Shown here: piece after piece, positions 23,981-38,185 of the stretch
Position numbering within the stretch: the stretch's first letter is position 1
Layout: each line of letters starts with the position of its first letter
Origin: Lama glama
Taxonomy: Eukaryota
NCBI GenBank assembly: GCA_028534125.1
Contig: CM052817.1
Coordinates: 15,998,001 to 16,062,000 of the forward strand
DNA length: 64,000 nt
Direction of reading: 5' to 3'
Made by a program: the position numbers and the translations under genes
The notes under the pieces: generated by a model
What the model was told of the DNA's origin: nothing
Databases searched by the model: none
The model's input: the letters and a program-made list of their open reading frames with translations, nothing else

Positions 23981-25648
23981 GAAAAAAAAATATTGACTTC
24001 CACAGTCTGTCTCAGGCTTGCTCATTTCCAGAGCCCAGGTCAAATCTGTGCTTTTTTCACGATGTCTTTCCCGAACATTGAGTCTTTATTGACATGTTCT
24101 TTCTTTGAAATCTCCTCCAGCTTAGCATGTCTGCCATCATTGTTGGCACTGGTCACACTGTTACGGATTGTTACTGAATTATTTCAAGGTTTTTTGGTTT
24201 TTCCAACATCACACATTTTTTGGACCAGTAATCAGATCTTATCTTCTCTGGTACCTTCGGCAGGAACCAGGGCATTGATAAAGACATGGGTTTTCAAAGT
24301 GGGTTGGTAGAGTAAAGAATAAATACTACAGGCATCCACATGTGGAATAAATACTTGTCAGAAAAAAAAAAACAAGTCATTTATAAATTAGTTGAGATAG
24401 GAGGTTTTGTATATATCTCCATCCATCCTACAGATGCCAAGGCACTTAATCTTCAAGTTGCATTCTAATCCTTTATTTAAATTCTCCTGATTCCTTAAAC
24501 ATCTTTTTTCTTCTAATGTCCAAAGGCAAAAATTCCCAGGTCAACAGAAGGAAAGAGGGGCTAACTATTCAACAAATTTGAATGCGGGTATTCATTTTTC
24601 ACCCTCTAAAGCATGAGATGCCCTCCTACACTCAAGTCAATGGCTTTCACTTAGCAGGAAGCAAACACATTAATAAAATACACAAATACTCTCTACTGGC
24701 AGTAAATATTAAGAATAATTGACCTCACTGAATCAAAGTTTACAAGTGGCTTTAGATCCTAAGTCCTATAAACTCCAAACTCGAGGCAAGGTTGCGTGTC
24801 TGGAACAAAGGAAAAGTGCCTCGGGAGCCTAGTTTGGCTTTGAGCTGTGCTTCCACAGCTTTCTACCTGAGTGTCAGTTTGCCATCTGCATCAGAGTTGT
24901 ACGTGGTAAAAACATGTCACGTTGAAAGCACACCATTAATAGGTGGTATTACTGTCAGAAAATGGGCCAGGCAATAAGGTGGAATGAATAAAGTCCCCTA
25001 GTACCTGATCAGCTGTGTTTCCCTAAGTGTAAAAGTATATTACCAAAAAAGAAAGAAAGAAGAAGGGTCAGGAACCAATCCAAAGTGTAGGGACTGGAAA
25101 TATGATCAGACTCAGTACCAAGGAGGGTGTCAGTGACCTGGGAGGGATGGAGCCAGGCACTCTGCTCTGAGAGTGCTTCTGGGGGCTGTTAGCAAAGGAG
25201 AGCCCTCCTGAAACACGGGAGGAAGTTAGAACCACAGAACGTGTGGAGAGGCTTTCCCACACGTACACCCCACACAGAACTACATCAGACTGCAGAATGC
25301 ATTTCAGAGCAACAAACGTTTTTAGAAGAGCTACACCGAACGTAGTCACACTGGCAAACATGTTCAGCAAATGGGCTGTATAAAGCAGTAAAGAATCCCC
25401 TTTGTTTTGTCCACTGGAGTGTTTTCTGGATCAGGAAGTGAGGTATTAGAGTGAAAAGATCACACACAGACCTTACTCTGTCTTCTGTCAAGACTGCTGG
25501 TCTATGGAAAACAAAGCAAAACAGGGAGTACTTAGATTCCGGAAACCACAGAGTTAGAGAAAAAGAAAGTGGCACCTCCTCTCTCCTTGTTTGCTGGGAC
25601 AGCAGAGTCACTCCTGAAATGCTAACCTAATCCTTTGTTAGTCCAGCC

Positions 25649-25976
25649 TAGCGTTCCCCAAACTATGTTCCATCAGCCAAATCCAGTGAACCCCCTATTT
25701 CTGTATGGCCTTAAGAATGGTTGCATTTAAGTGGTTGAAGACAATGTGGAAAGAAGAAGATAGTGTGACACATGAAAATTATATGAAATTCAAACTTCTG
25801 TGACCATAAATCAAGTTTTATTGGCCCACAGCCACGCTCATTTGTCTGCCTCTTGTCTGCGGCCACTTTTGTGCTTCAACGGCAGAGCTGAGTAATGACA
25901 ACAGAGACGTTAATGGCTGGCAGAGCCCAAAATATTTACTCTCCGGTCCTTTACAGAAAAATTTTGCCAACCCTTT
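25649..25976 (+). mobile_element. MER58B-like hAT-Charlie DNA transposon
   Basis: catgaaaattatatgaaattcaaa, cacagccacgctcatttg, aaaatatttactctccggtcctttacagaaaaattttgccaaccc; 8-bp TSD-like gtccagcc / gtctaggc. Confidence 0.88.
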
Positions 25977-28174
25977 GTCTAGGCCCATTATGTTTTCTTT
26001 CAGTTGGCAAAACTAACCTACCTCACCTAGCTGCTACCTGATCAAACTCTTTCTGGCCTTAAGATTGGATTTCAGATCTGTCAGCCTCTGTTCCAGACGG
26101 TTCCTAGAACCCCAGACACTCTCTTGGCTCTTGCTTCTAATTTACCATCACCACTTCCATACACAGAGATAGCACCCCCCCACATACACATGCACCCCAA
26201 ATTCTGATTTCTATTTCCCCACTCTTTCTACTCTCAGATTTCCTCTATTACCCTGTCTTCCACAATGTCTGAACCATCAATGCTCTGTTTCCTCATCAAA
26301 TGACAACCTGCAGGAACCACCAAGTATGGAGAGATGTTACTGGAACTCAATATTAACATGAGAAAGCTCCTACCAATTATACTTTCTAATATACGTAATT
26401 TCCTGTATCAATAATGCTTTATTTTTCCAGTGCCAAACTGCCCGTTTCTTTCTTTTTCTCCTGCCAAACTGAGTCAATTTTAGAAGTACATTATAATTTT
26501 ACAGGTATGTTATAATTTGCACTAGTCTCTAAATGACAAATGCTTCACTCCCATGGCATTCATGGTAAGTAGCATTTTAACATAGTCTAACCGTCTAAAG
26601 ATAAGACTTAGTTTATGTGAACACGACTCAGGATGTGCCTGAATTGTATCAAAACACACCCTGGGAAGCAGTATAGTAGAGGGGAAAGGGCATCAGACCC
26701 AAGTTTTATTTCATAAAGTGTCATCAACTAAATGTTTGACCTTGGACTAGTCACAGGACCAGTCACTCTCTAGACGCTGTTTTCTTCATTTATAAGTGAA
26801 TTCATTGAGAAAATGACAGGCTTCCCCATTCTCACACTCCCTGATTCTAGGAAGATAACTGACCCATAGATTCTAATTCATCATTTAGCCTTGTATAAGA
26901 ATTTGAAATATTAAATGGCAATCTGAAGCAGGGTATTGAAGGTTTGGTTCTGTTTCGTTAGAGCCTGAGAAGCAGGAAGGGGTAACAGTATTTGCCACTA
27001 AGGAACAGGGCTCAAAGCGGAGAGAGGTGGACCAGTTGTTTTTCATTACAAGTTCTTTTGAGCCACTTAATTTTTTAAGAAAATATAATAAGTACATATT
27101 ATTTTGATTTAAAATTTTTAATGGAAGGCAGAAGGAACTTTAGATTACTTATAATTGATGGGACTAGATGGACTATTGAATTTTAGACATGAATGTGGGT
27201 TTTACTGTGGGTTTTCCCAAGGGTCACTGAGAGGACCAAGTGGGGCTGAATGCCCCTAAAGTCTCTTCCAATGCCGGATTCTATACTTCAGCCTTCCCTC
27301 AATGCTCTCATTCTCTCTCCGAATAATTCTCATTCCATGAGCAATCTTCTTCCTGGGAGCGAGGCAGGTGGAAAGTTTCAAGTTTTAAAGTTCATTCATG
27401 TTTGAGTCCTCCCAGAGCAACAACAAAAAAATTAATGAGATTAAAATAAAAATATTTTGTTTCTTCAAAACCTCAGAAAATCATTTAAAACAGATCTTGT
27501 ATGAGATTTATCCCTTTAGGCTAAAATAAAGCATTAGAGTTTTTTGTTAAGAGAAACATTTCCTCAAATTGAAAGAAAACAGAGCTGTAATGGAAATATG
27601 AATGCAGTCTTTGTAGTTGCAACCATTTAATGTAACATTAGAATTCTGCATTTGTGAATTGCTCTAATTTTATGTACATATATTTTTCAACAAGAATAGT
27701 GTTTCTTTAGTTTTATAGATTTTTTTTCACTCATTTAATTGGTGATATAATTACGTGTTCTTATAAATCTGAAAATTAGGAATTCAAACACACACACAAA
27801 AATAAAAACTTGATTCTTAATGGCTTAGCCCTTTTCCCCAGTGCACTGTCATCCTTTCAGTGGGAATCTGCAGACCCTGCGTACCCAATGGTCAAAGATT
27901 TCTAAGCTACTCTTCTTGAAACACACATACAAATTTTTCCAGGCAACCTCACACAGCCTCAACATTTTGGACCAGGACTGTCTGAAAGGCCTGTGGTATT
28001 TTAAAGGGCTGAGGGTGACTCAGCCTTACTCAAAGGTGCTACAACAATTCAGTGACTCCTAGAAAGGCCCACTGGCACCAGGGAGACAAAACCAGGTGGA
28101 AACATTGGCGCAACACAACTGCATGAAGATTACTAGCCAAGGAAAATCATTGAGTGGAAGCTCCCAGAAGCACT

Positions 28175-28674
28175 NNNNNNNNNNNNNNNNNNNNNNNNNN
28201 NNNNNNNNNNNNNNNNNNNNNNNNNNNNNNNNNNNNNNNNNNNNNNNNNNNNNNNNNNNNNNNNNNNNNNNNNNNNNNNNNNNNNNNNNNNNNNNNNNNN
28301 NNNNNNNNNNNNNNNNNNNNNNNNNNNNNNNNNNNNNNNNNNNNNNNNNNNNNNNNNNNNNNNNNNNNNNNNNNNNNNNNNNNNNNNNNNNNNNNNNNNN
28401 NNNNNNNNNNNNNNNNNNNNNNNNNNNNNNNNNNNNNNNNNNNNNNNNNNNNNNNNNNNNNNNNNNNNNNNNNNNNNNNNNNNNNNNNNNNNNNNNNNNN
28501 NNNNNNNNNNNNNNNNNNNNNNNNNNNNNNNNNNNNNNNNNNNNNNNNNNNNNNNNNNNNNNNNNNNNNNNNNNNNNNNNNNNNNNNNNNNNNNNNNNNN
28601 NNNNNNNNNNNNNNNNNNNNNNNNNNNNNNNNNNNNNNNNNNNNNNNNNNNNNNNNNNNNNNNNNNNNNNNNNN
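28175..28674. other. Assembly gap (500 N)
   Basis: Run of exactly 500 N, probably a fixed-size scaffolding spacer. Confidence 0.99.
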
Positions 28675-28689
28675 GGAGAAGGAATGTGC

Positions 28690-28855
28690 TAGCCTTTGGG
28701 GCCAGAAAGACTGAATAAGACTCTACCAACTACTACCTGTGTGAGCTTGGCCGCCCCACAGAAAGCAAACATCCCCATCCTTCAGTTTCCTCATCTAAGA
28801 ATGGAAATCATTATATAATTGTATCCGCAAGTTTACGGTGAGAATTAAACATAAA
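28690..28855 (+). mobile_element. MIR SINE
   Basis: ttcagtttcctcatctaagaatgg...gtgagaattaaa. Confidence 0.7.
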
Positions 28856-30139
28856 CTGCCACACACATCAACAGCATGTTACCTAAGCTGTCTTCCTCCC
28901 TTCGCCACAGAAGTCATTTCTTCCCCATCATCCTTTTCCTACCCTTACGTGCTCTGATCTTTCTATTGTAAAATCAGCCTCACCCTTTCATCCCTTCATA
29001 GAATTCTCTGAAATTTTGGATAAAGTAATCTCTCTGTGATAATATTCACTGACTGAAAACGTTTGCCCAGTGCAGTGAGATGCAAATAACTGGAAGCATC
29101 TGCCTGATCAAGTGTTTCCTACATCCTTAACTCTACACAGAGAGATGTTTAGGTTTTTTGAACTACAAGTATAAACAGAAGACAACGGATGGGAAGCTCC
29201 CACCTTCCCTAAGTGGCAGAGAATGCTTTCCCTAAAAGCAGAGGGAAGGAAGATTCTCCTGGTACCCCTCACACACTCCGGCTCTTTGCTCCAGAGGGCT
29301 CTAGGGGAGCCCTAAGCACCCCCTCCCTTCCCTTCAAGCCCCAGAAGTTAAGTGGCGGTCTCAGGTGAGAGAGAGAAATGCATCATTTTCCTGGAGGGGA
29401 ACACAAGTACTCTCCCCTCTGCAGAAATCTTCAGGTTTATATGAGCCCATCTTCACCTCATATATCAGAGAACAGGGCTTGTCATCTAATCATACATCAT
29501 GTTTTGAAAATACTCTGTACCACAGCTGGTGTGTTTCTTAAGAACAAGAAATTGCCATATGGATTTCACACTGTAGACCAAGCAACATAGTGGTCCATTT
29601 TGCTTCCTTGTGAAAATGTGTGCTTGGTAGTGGTCTCCACCAGGGCTAAGGTCTAAAGGCAGGGATCACAGCCAAGCATCCTCCTTTCGCTTAGCAACTT
29701 CTCGAAACCATTACCCATGAACTTTTCAAATAATTCTCGAACTCATTTTCATATTCAGAAATGTTCCATGGAGAAGAATTTTGTGAATAACTGGGAGAAA
29801 TAACAAACTTTGTAATATATTATCACCACCAGCTCTGTTCCAATTGTTAAATACCACTACCAAAGGTCGGGCCAGGCTCTAACCCATGCCAGTGGTCGGT
29901 GAAGGCATGAGACCTAAAACTGGTTCCACACCACTTTGGTTAGATGCCCTAAAATCTCCATGTTTCTCCCACATTTTTATGTCATAGTTCCCAGTAGCCA
30001 TGTAATGTATTTTTAACAATATAAATATGTTGAAAAGGTATAATATTTGGAGTGGATTGCCGGGATCAGCTGATCCCCTGCTCCCTATCCCACAACTATG
30101 CCTCTGCTGTTACCACAATTATTTACATGCCAAAGCTCT

Positions 30140-30300
30140 TCTATGAGTTCATCCCTTTAAACTCATAATTTGATTTAATCCTATGAGATGCCTACTATTG
30201 TTATTCTCTTTGTACAGATGAGAAAACCAAAGCTTGGATAGATGAAGTAGCTTGTCCAAGATCAGACAGTTAATCAGGAGAAGATTCAGCCCTCAAATGC
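30140..30300 (-). mobile_element. MIR SINE
   Basis: tacagatgagaaaacc...cttgtccaagatca. Confidence 0.7.
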
Positions 30301-30759
30301 AGACCAAGAGCAATGACAAAGGCAGCCCACCCAAATCACAATTTATATATAAATTCTGCCTATTCACACAAAACAGTTTCCTTGACAGCACAATTCCTAC
30401 ATCTTAGAATAAAATTCATGAGATGCATAGTAAAAATCACTGGTTACTTATTTTAATTCAATACAAGTGTATGGAGAGAGGAATTTCTGTTGAGTCATCC
30501 AACTTGGATATATGGGAGGGGCCAGAGAAAGGCAGAGGATGTATTTTGAGACCTTTCTGCCATTGTTCAGGACCAAGACTCGGGGGGCCAGACAGCTAGG
30601 TTCTAGTTCCATCTCTCCCACAGACTTGCTGTGAAACCTTGAACAAATCATCCAACCCCTAGTTCATTTCCTTGTTTATAAATTACACTAGTCCTTCTAA
30701 CCTAGTTGTTGCATCAGATACTACCTACTGACTTTCAAATATGGAAGGGGAGGATTAGG

Positions 30760-33700
30760 TCTTACACCACCTCTACTGACACATATGACACACGACACAT
30801 ACACTTCTTCTCCTTGTATCCACCCAATATAGTTATTTCATAGTATTTTGTAAAATAAATTACATTTATGTTATTATAGCTATTTAAGTTTTCGTTCACT
30901 GCTAAATAGCATCTTTTATTTAAATTTTCTTCTTACATATGTTTTTGTTTTCCCTGGAGTTAATAATTGTCTTCATTTTTTAATTTCCTTTTTTGACCCA
31001 ATGACACATTCTTTGTCAGAGCTGAAAAAAACTTCTCAATATGTTCAATGTGTTCACATCAGACAGATGTGCAGTTCCATTTTTTCCAGAAGGCATCCCT
31101 CCAGGATGTCCTTAATCCTCCTGTTCTGATCTGAACTGGCTTCTCTTCAGGCATTCACCAAAGCTGACATCTCAGAGCTCCCTTATGCCATTTTACCAGG
31201 AATATCCTTTGCCTCTATTTGGGTTTGGACCTCTTATTTCCTGAATTCCATATCATCTTCCTTCTTGATTCACTCTCTTGTTTTTATGGTACACATCCTT
31301 TGGTAGCTTTCTGAGAAATTTGTAAAGATCTTGCAATCTGAAAATAGATCCTTTGACCAACTTTACATTCATTATCTTATTTAATCCTATGAGATGCCTA
31401 CGATTTTTATTCCCCTAGCAGTCAGAAGTAGTGGCAAGATACTGACTTCTAGGTTGAAAATCAGTTAAACTTTGAATATAATACTCTATTCTCTTCTAGC
31501 TTCTAGTGGTATTTTCCAATGTGATTCTCAGTCTCTTGTATGTGACCTGTTCTTTTTTTTCCTGGAATTATTTAGTGAGTTTTCTTTATTCTAAACATTC
31601 TGAAATTTTTCAGTGATATGTCTAGGGGGTTGTGTGTGTGTGTGTATGTGTGTGTGTGTGTGATTTGCTATGTTGGCATTAAATGAATGGACGCTTATAT
31701 CTGTAAACTCATGTCTTTCAGTTCAAAGCAATTCTCTTGTCCTGTTTCTTTAATAGTTCCCCTCCCTTCATTTTAACTTGTATTGTTTTCTGAATCTCCT
31801 CTGGATTTTAGACTCCTTGAGCCACTCTTCAAATTTTCTTGCTCTTTTGTTCTTTCTTTTTCTTTCTTATTTTCCATCTCTTTGTCTTTTTTACCTAATT
31901 TTTCAGAGATTTTTTTTTTCAAATTTGTTTCCCAATTCTTCTATTAAGTTTAATTTCTGGTTCCATATTTTTATTTCTAAGAGCTTGTTCTGGTTTTCTG
32001 AATGTTCCCTCCCATATTAGCCTGTTTTTATATCTTGAATGCAATATATTCTCTTAACTCTCATAATAAATATAAGATTTTTAAAAATATTTTCCTCTAG
32101 ACTGCATTGCCTCTGCTCCAATTATTGTTCATTTGTTTGTTTCTGTTTTAGTTTCTCTCTTTCATATTAGAATGCCTCCCAGTAATGTCTGATCATTCAA
32201 GAGTAAAACATTCAATGCTGACTGGAAGTTCCAGGAACATGGAAAGAAGTTACATGTGGTGGGCTTTACTGCCGTGGGGCCTGAAGAGTTAATCTTTTCA
32301 TAGGAGACACTGTCTTCTATTGAACTGGTCGGTTTCTACAGAAGGGAATCCTTCACGTTCCTCTCCAGCAGACAATGAGGCAAGCCGTAAATACTTTGGA
32401 AGAGAAGAGAAGAGAAGAGAGAACTGGGATCTCACTCTTCAGTATGCAGACTTTCACTTGAAACCTGCTTATTTTCATAAGGCATATTACCTGCCCCTCC
32501 GAGATGCTTGATTGGTCCTCAAGCCCGGATCTTTTCTGGTTCAGCTCCATTAGGATATGAACTACCTGTTTTCTGCTTTGGTCCAGTGAGAGAAGGGATC
32601 TGATCTCTCTGCTATTTTTGTATATCTTCAGCCTGTTCACTGCTTTTCCATTCTACTTCTCAGCCTCACCTTCTAAGATACCTGGCCCATCCAATTCCTG
32701 AGCATTTTCAGAATTTGGCAGTACCAAACAGCTGCTTTTTGTAGATTTCTCCCCCTTGAAAGCTTAAAATCCACTATTATTTTAATGCTGTGCCAAATCA
32801 GTATTTGTTTAATCTCTTTTTAAATTCACTTTTGAGCTTTCAAAATCCAGTAGACATTTCTTTGCCAATATCATCTCCTCTTTCATTTTCTTTGTCTTTT
32901 GGGGTTTAAACCTTTTTTTTATGTCTTTATTTTCTTTTGTTGGGTTTCAGTTTCCATATTTAACCCAAAAAAGTATCTTGTCCATGGTTTTCACTTAATA
33001 TTATATCAGAAGTATCCCCCCATACTTAATATGGGAAACACAGTTTTTGATGACTATATCATCGTATGCTTGAACATCCTATAATTAGAATTTTAGGATG
33101 AGTCAAACTTTTATATAAGCAACAACAAAATAAGCATCCTTTTACATGAAGTTTTATCTTTGTCTCAGATAACTTCCTTAATACCTATTTCTAGAATAGT
33201 ATTAAGTCAAGCTTTTTTTATCATTTTAAAGTGATTTACACATATTATATAGTTGATTTCCAGAAAAGTGGCAAGAATTTATACCCTCCCCTGAAAGGCA
33301 GAGGCTGTAGGTACATTGGATTCATCCCGTCATCACCAGTATCATCACCAACATCATCACCAACATCACTGCTTTTCAAAATCTTTGTGTTTCCACTATT
33401 GTTTTAATTTGAATAACTCTGCTGACAAACATGACTACAATTTTTTTCATGTACTTATTGATAACATATATCTATTCTTAATTGTTCATGGGCCAAACTC
33501 ATTTTTTTCAAGTGGAATATTACATCATTTCTTATTTATAATTTCTCAATTTGATACAAACATCAAGCCTTTTAGATCAGACTTGTCAAAAATATTTTTC
33601 CATTTTATTATTTGTTGCATTTTTGTTTGTTTGTTTATTACATTTCTGACATGGAGAATTTTTAGATTTTTACATAATCAAAATTGTCACTCTCTTTCTT

Positions 33701-34745
33701 TATGCTTTGAAAGACTTCCCATTCCAAGGTCAGATAAATATTAGCCTCTACGTTCTCCTTTTATTTATATGTTTTGAATGTTTTACATTTTACTCTTTCT
33801 CCCTGGAATTTAATTTGTTGTCTTTTCTCCCAGTCAGTTAACCAGGTGACTCAACACCATTTATTGCATAATTGTCAACTCTTCAACTAATATGTAATCT
33901 AATCTTGACCAAATCCACATCATAAACTCCTATTTTTCTTAGAATCTGTTTCTGGCCTATTTCAATCCCACTGTCTGTTGATTCTTTCTCCAGAACACCC
34001 TGTTTTAATTATTATAACTTTATAGTACATTACAACACCTACTAGAGAAAAGCCTGCTTTGCTGTTCTTCTTCTTAGCTATTTTTAGCTCTTTCATCCTT
34101 TTTATTATTCAAGATGAACTTTACAATACTTGGTCAGGTTTCCAGAAAACAACAGCAGCAATGTGATTTCAACCAGAATTACATGACACATATACATTCA
34201 TTTGAGAAGAATTAAGGTTTCTTTTAGTGTACCAAGTGTATATTTCAATTTACTATATGCAATTTAACAAAAATTTGGTCATAATTAAGCTGTTGAGAGT
34301 ATTTGTTCCTCCTTTCTAGGAAGATGACACCTTTTCCATTTATTCAAGTCTTCCTTATGTCTCCTGCTAAAGTTTTACTGTTTTCTTCATACAGAGTCTG
34401 TGTTATTACTCAGTGAGTTTATTTTTACACAGTTTATATTTTAGTGCTATTTTGAATGACTTCAGTATTCATCTTGTCTAACTGGTTATCACTACTATAC
34501 CAGAAAGTTATTAATTTTTATATATTTATTTTATATTGAATCAGCTAACTCAACTCTCATTTTTTTTTAAATAATTTTTCAGTTTTTCTAAATATCTTTG
34601 CTTTCCTATATAGACAATAACTTTACCTGATCATATACTTTTTTGTCTCCTCTATATCTTAGTTCTGTTCCATGTATGTGTATGTTGGCATAAATGGGAT
34701 TGTGAACAACATTGTCATTATCCTGGCCTTGATGGAAACACCTTT
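30760..34745 (-). mobile_element. Ancient, highly decayed L1 fragments (L1M/L1ME-like)
   Basis: Long T-rich tract with antisense L1 motifs (ttctaggttgaaaatc, caacaccatttattg, ttccatttattcaagtcttc, cagaaagttattaatttttatatatt). Confidence 0.75.
31631..31662 (+). repeat. (TG)n microsatellite
   Basis: Directly visible. Confidence 0.95.
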
Positions 34746-34749
34746 ACAA

Positions 34750-34990
34750 TAAGAATAATAATTCCTAATTTTTACTGAGTGCCTTCTATATGCTAGTCAT
34801 TTTGCCAAGGGATTTAGGTATATTATTTCCTTTAATCTTCATAATTATCTTAGAATAAAGTTACTATCATCATCTCATTTTAAAGGTACTGAAACTGAGG
34901 ATTTAAAGCAGAAATATATCCAAGGTGTCCAACTAGTCAATGGAAAAGCAGAATTCAGTTTTACATTGGTCTGACTCCAGAGTTTATGCT
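34750..34990 (-). mobile_element. MIR SINE
   Basis: tttactgagtgcct...tttaatcttcataa...gaaactgagg...tctgactccagag. Confidence 0.8.
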
Positions 34991-37479
34991 TGGAGTATAA
35001 CTAATATTATATTTTAGAATTTCAAGTACGTATGAGTTGGTGATAGGAGTTTTTAAAGATAACTAGGAGGTATTTTAATTTTTTTTTTTTTGGTTGAGAA
35101 AGGAGATGGGAGAGAGAAGAGTCAATTGATTTTAGGCAGATGAAACACAGACATAAAAAGTGCAACATAGGATGCTTCCCCACGGATCCTCAAGTTACAT
35201 GTGAACACCAAGACTATCAACAAACAGTATATTTCAGAGATCAGTGTACTTAAGAGTTTATTATTATTCCCACAAAAATAAAAAAGCTGTACTATGTGAC
35301 TTCTTGACCATTTTAGTCTCCTAATATTTCTAAAGAAAACATTTGGTCTTATTTGTTCAGAGGCTTGATTCACCAAAACTGATTCATCCAAAAGGTGGGG
35401 CTGAGGTGATTCATGCTGTTTAAGTCACATCCTGGCAAGGAGCTGAGTTGTGGGAGATGATGTGCCTCCTTTTCCAATGTGGAAAAAAAAAAAAAAGGAA
35501 TCCAGCAATGCTAAAAATAAAGTCTTTTAGAGTGTTATGCAAAATTATGTGTTTCTGCAGCGTTTCCCTGGATTACTGACTGTATAATAGCCCTGCTGGA
35601 CTCCCACCACCGCACGGAGCCCATGCCTCAAGCACCACGATCAGCACAGAGGAACATGCACATCCCGCTTCTCCACCAGACAGTTTCATTGTTGGTGCTG
35701 GGGGGAGAAGCTCTTCCTCAGAAATGATTACATACAGGTTTTTAGCTTTAAATGTCACCCTTTTTTAGGAAGGGGACAACTGATTGGGGCTAATTAAGTA
35801 TGCATTCAGGAACACCCTTTTTTTCACAAGCTTTAGGAAAGCTGACCCTGGACCAGTGAACAGAGAGGCAGCTGGATCTGAGCACACAAGCGCAGGATGG
35901 CACCTAAGTCTCAGATCCTAGTCCTGGTCCTGCTGGGCAAGGCTCTTAACCTGTCAGTCCTTGGTTTATGCATCGGACGACTGATAATAAAAACACAGTT
36001 GCCATTTCCTTCACCGGGCTTCTATGAGATTGAAAAAGGAGTGTAAACGGGTATGTGCTTTTGAAAACTGAAATACACTTGACACGTGTAAGGAAAGATC
36101 CAGCCGTTTTCAGGACACGCTCCCTCAAGAGCAGTCATATTTATTGCTCACTCGAACTCCTCTGAAAAAAGACAAACAGTCATCAACAGTAATGGAGTTC
36201 TGCAGAGAGCCAGTCCGTTTCCATTTCAATTCAAAGCCCGGGAGGCAGCGAACTTTCAATCCAGGCACTACCCACTGAGTCTCCAGGAAATTTGTCTGTT
36301 TCTCCGTATATGTGGTGAGCATTTGAACAGAAGCATCAGGCTATGTCTGATCATCTTAGCCTATCTGGCGAAGGTCCTTACAATTTAAAGGCTAGAGGAG
36401 AAATGACCTATTTTACACAGCCTTTGTGAGAGGCGCTGGGGGGAGATGCCACGTAACTCAAGCTTTGGTCACCACACGGCTCCGTCTTCCCCTTGGTCCC
36501 TCTGGCCGGTCATTTCTTCACACACTGCACAGTGGCTCTGTGTACTGGGGACTGAGCTGAAATTGAGCTTGAGACAGGGGCCGTGGAATGACGGAGGAGT
36601 GAATTAGATAGAAAATTGCGGCTTTTGCTCCCTAAGTGAGAGAATCGCTGCATTCAACCCGCTGCTACGACCAGAGTATTTCTCACTTCTTTGGACATTT
36701 TTCCAACAGGGGAACTTGATGTAAAACATGTGTGTCTCTTTAGCGAGTCAAGAGCTTGCCTTTTCCTCAACTTTCTTTTAAAACCTGCCCTCCACATCTC
36801 AAATCTTCTGCAGCCACGAGCAGTGTGGACTGTGACCTGCGGAAGTCAATGCTCAAGAGAGAGTTCGAGAAGGGAAGCGTCTCAGTCTCAAACTCGTTCA
36901 GCGTTCATCGGGTGCCCGTCAGGACAACCAGCTGGGAACGTGGCACACAGGAGCACAGGGAGGTGAACGAAAAGGCGGACGCACCACGGGGCGGCTTGGT
37001 CTCTCGTGTCGGCTTTTTGGGGTTTACACAACTCTGTTCTCTTCCCAAGAGGTGCTCGAAACCGAGTCAAATTTGAGGACTGTAAAAGCCCTGGATTCAT
37101 TTATCAGCACGTGTTCACCCATGCGTGAGCACAACTTGCTGTCCTAGAACAGGCGGATGAGGGCACTGGTTACACCCGGAAGGCCCGCTCTCAACACCCA
37201 GGACTTAAGCCTACCCGTGCCTGGTACTACGCTAGGCTCTGAGAGAAACAGGAAGACGAAGAAGATCAGATTCTGGCCTCCAGGGGTCGATACATAACTC
37301 TGATCCAAGACAGAGTAAGAAAACTGCTAGAAGAGAAACAGCAAATGCTGCAGCAGCCGCCCTAACACATCTGTTTAAAGGAAAGCCCCAGGAGCGTGGG
37401 TTAGGTTAAGGATACAGCAGAGGCCTCAGCAAGGCCCCCGGCTCCACTCACATCCTGATGCCACCCAGATGCAAGAGCC

Positions 37480-37950
37480 TCCTTCAGCCTCACTGCCCAC
37501 CACACCCTGAGACACGACCATCTTCCAAACATGAGCCAGACGTCTACTCATCTGGTTCTTTGTTCACAAGGCTCCCTCTGCCTCGAATGCCTTTTCACCC
37601 TCTTCGCCACCTGGAAAGCCCTTACTCTTCCCCTAAGACCCAACTTAGTCCTCTGTCAAATGAGCACGAACAAGGAGATGTCATCCCAACGTCTCTCCCA
37701 GCCTTTTATGTCAATGATGTGTGATTTTTAAGGCATGCATCAAACAGTCCAACTTCCTTGAACCACAAAGCCACTCCTGATAGATTCCTGGGGCACAATT
37801 TCTCTCGCCACCCTGAACTTCCATCCCATGTGCTCAGACTGCTACCAGAGCACTGAACATAACGACCTGTAATTAACTGTTTATTTATTAGTTCATCCTT
37901 CCACGTAGAGTGGGTGCAACTAGAGGGCAGGATCTGTGTCCTTATTAATT
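37480..37950 (+). mobile_element. L2 3' fragments
   Basis: tccctctgcctcgaatgccttt, gagggcaggatctgtgtc; interrupted by a MIR at about 37960-38185. Confidence 0.55.
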
Positions 37951-37959
37951 TTTACTTTA

Positions 37960-38185
37960 CATAACAAGAGTTATGTGCCCACAACTATGCATCGACCACT
38001 ATTCTAAGTGTATTATATGTACTTATCCACTTAATCCTCACAGCAACCCAATGAAGTAGATACTGTCATTATCTCATCTTGCCCAAAAAGAATTAAGAGA
38101 GTTTAAGTAACGTGCTCAAGGTCATACAGCTGGTAAAAGTGATCCATGATATGAACCAGGCTCTTAAGTGCTACCTTATGCTATT
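37960..38185 (-). mobile_element. MIR SINE
   Basis: cttaatcctcacagcaacccaatgaagtag...taagtaacgtgctcaaggtcatacagct. Confidence 0.8.

Noticed and set aside
28096..28729. ORFs of 186-198 aa
   Set aside because: Artefacts of translating through the N gap.
30062..30077. 16-bp palindrome GGGATCAGCTGATCCC
   Set aside because: About one palindrome with 8-bp arms is expected by chance in 64 kb.
33316..33744. His-rich 142-aa ORF
   Set aside because: A CAT/CAC simple repeat within decayed antisense L1.
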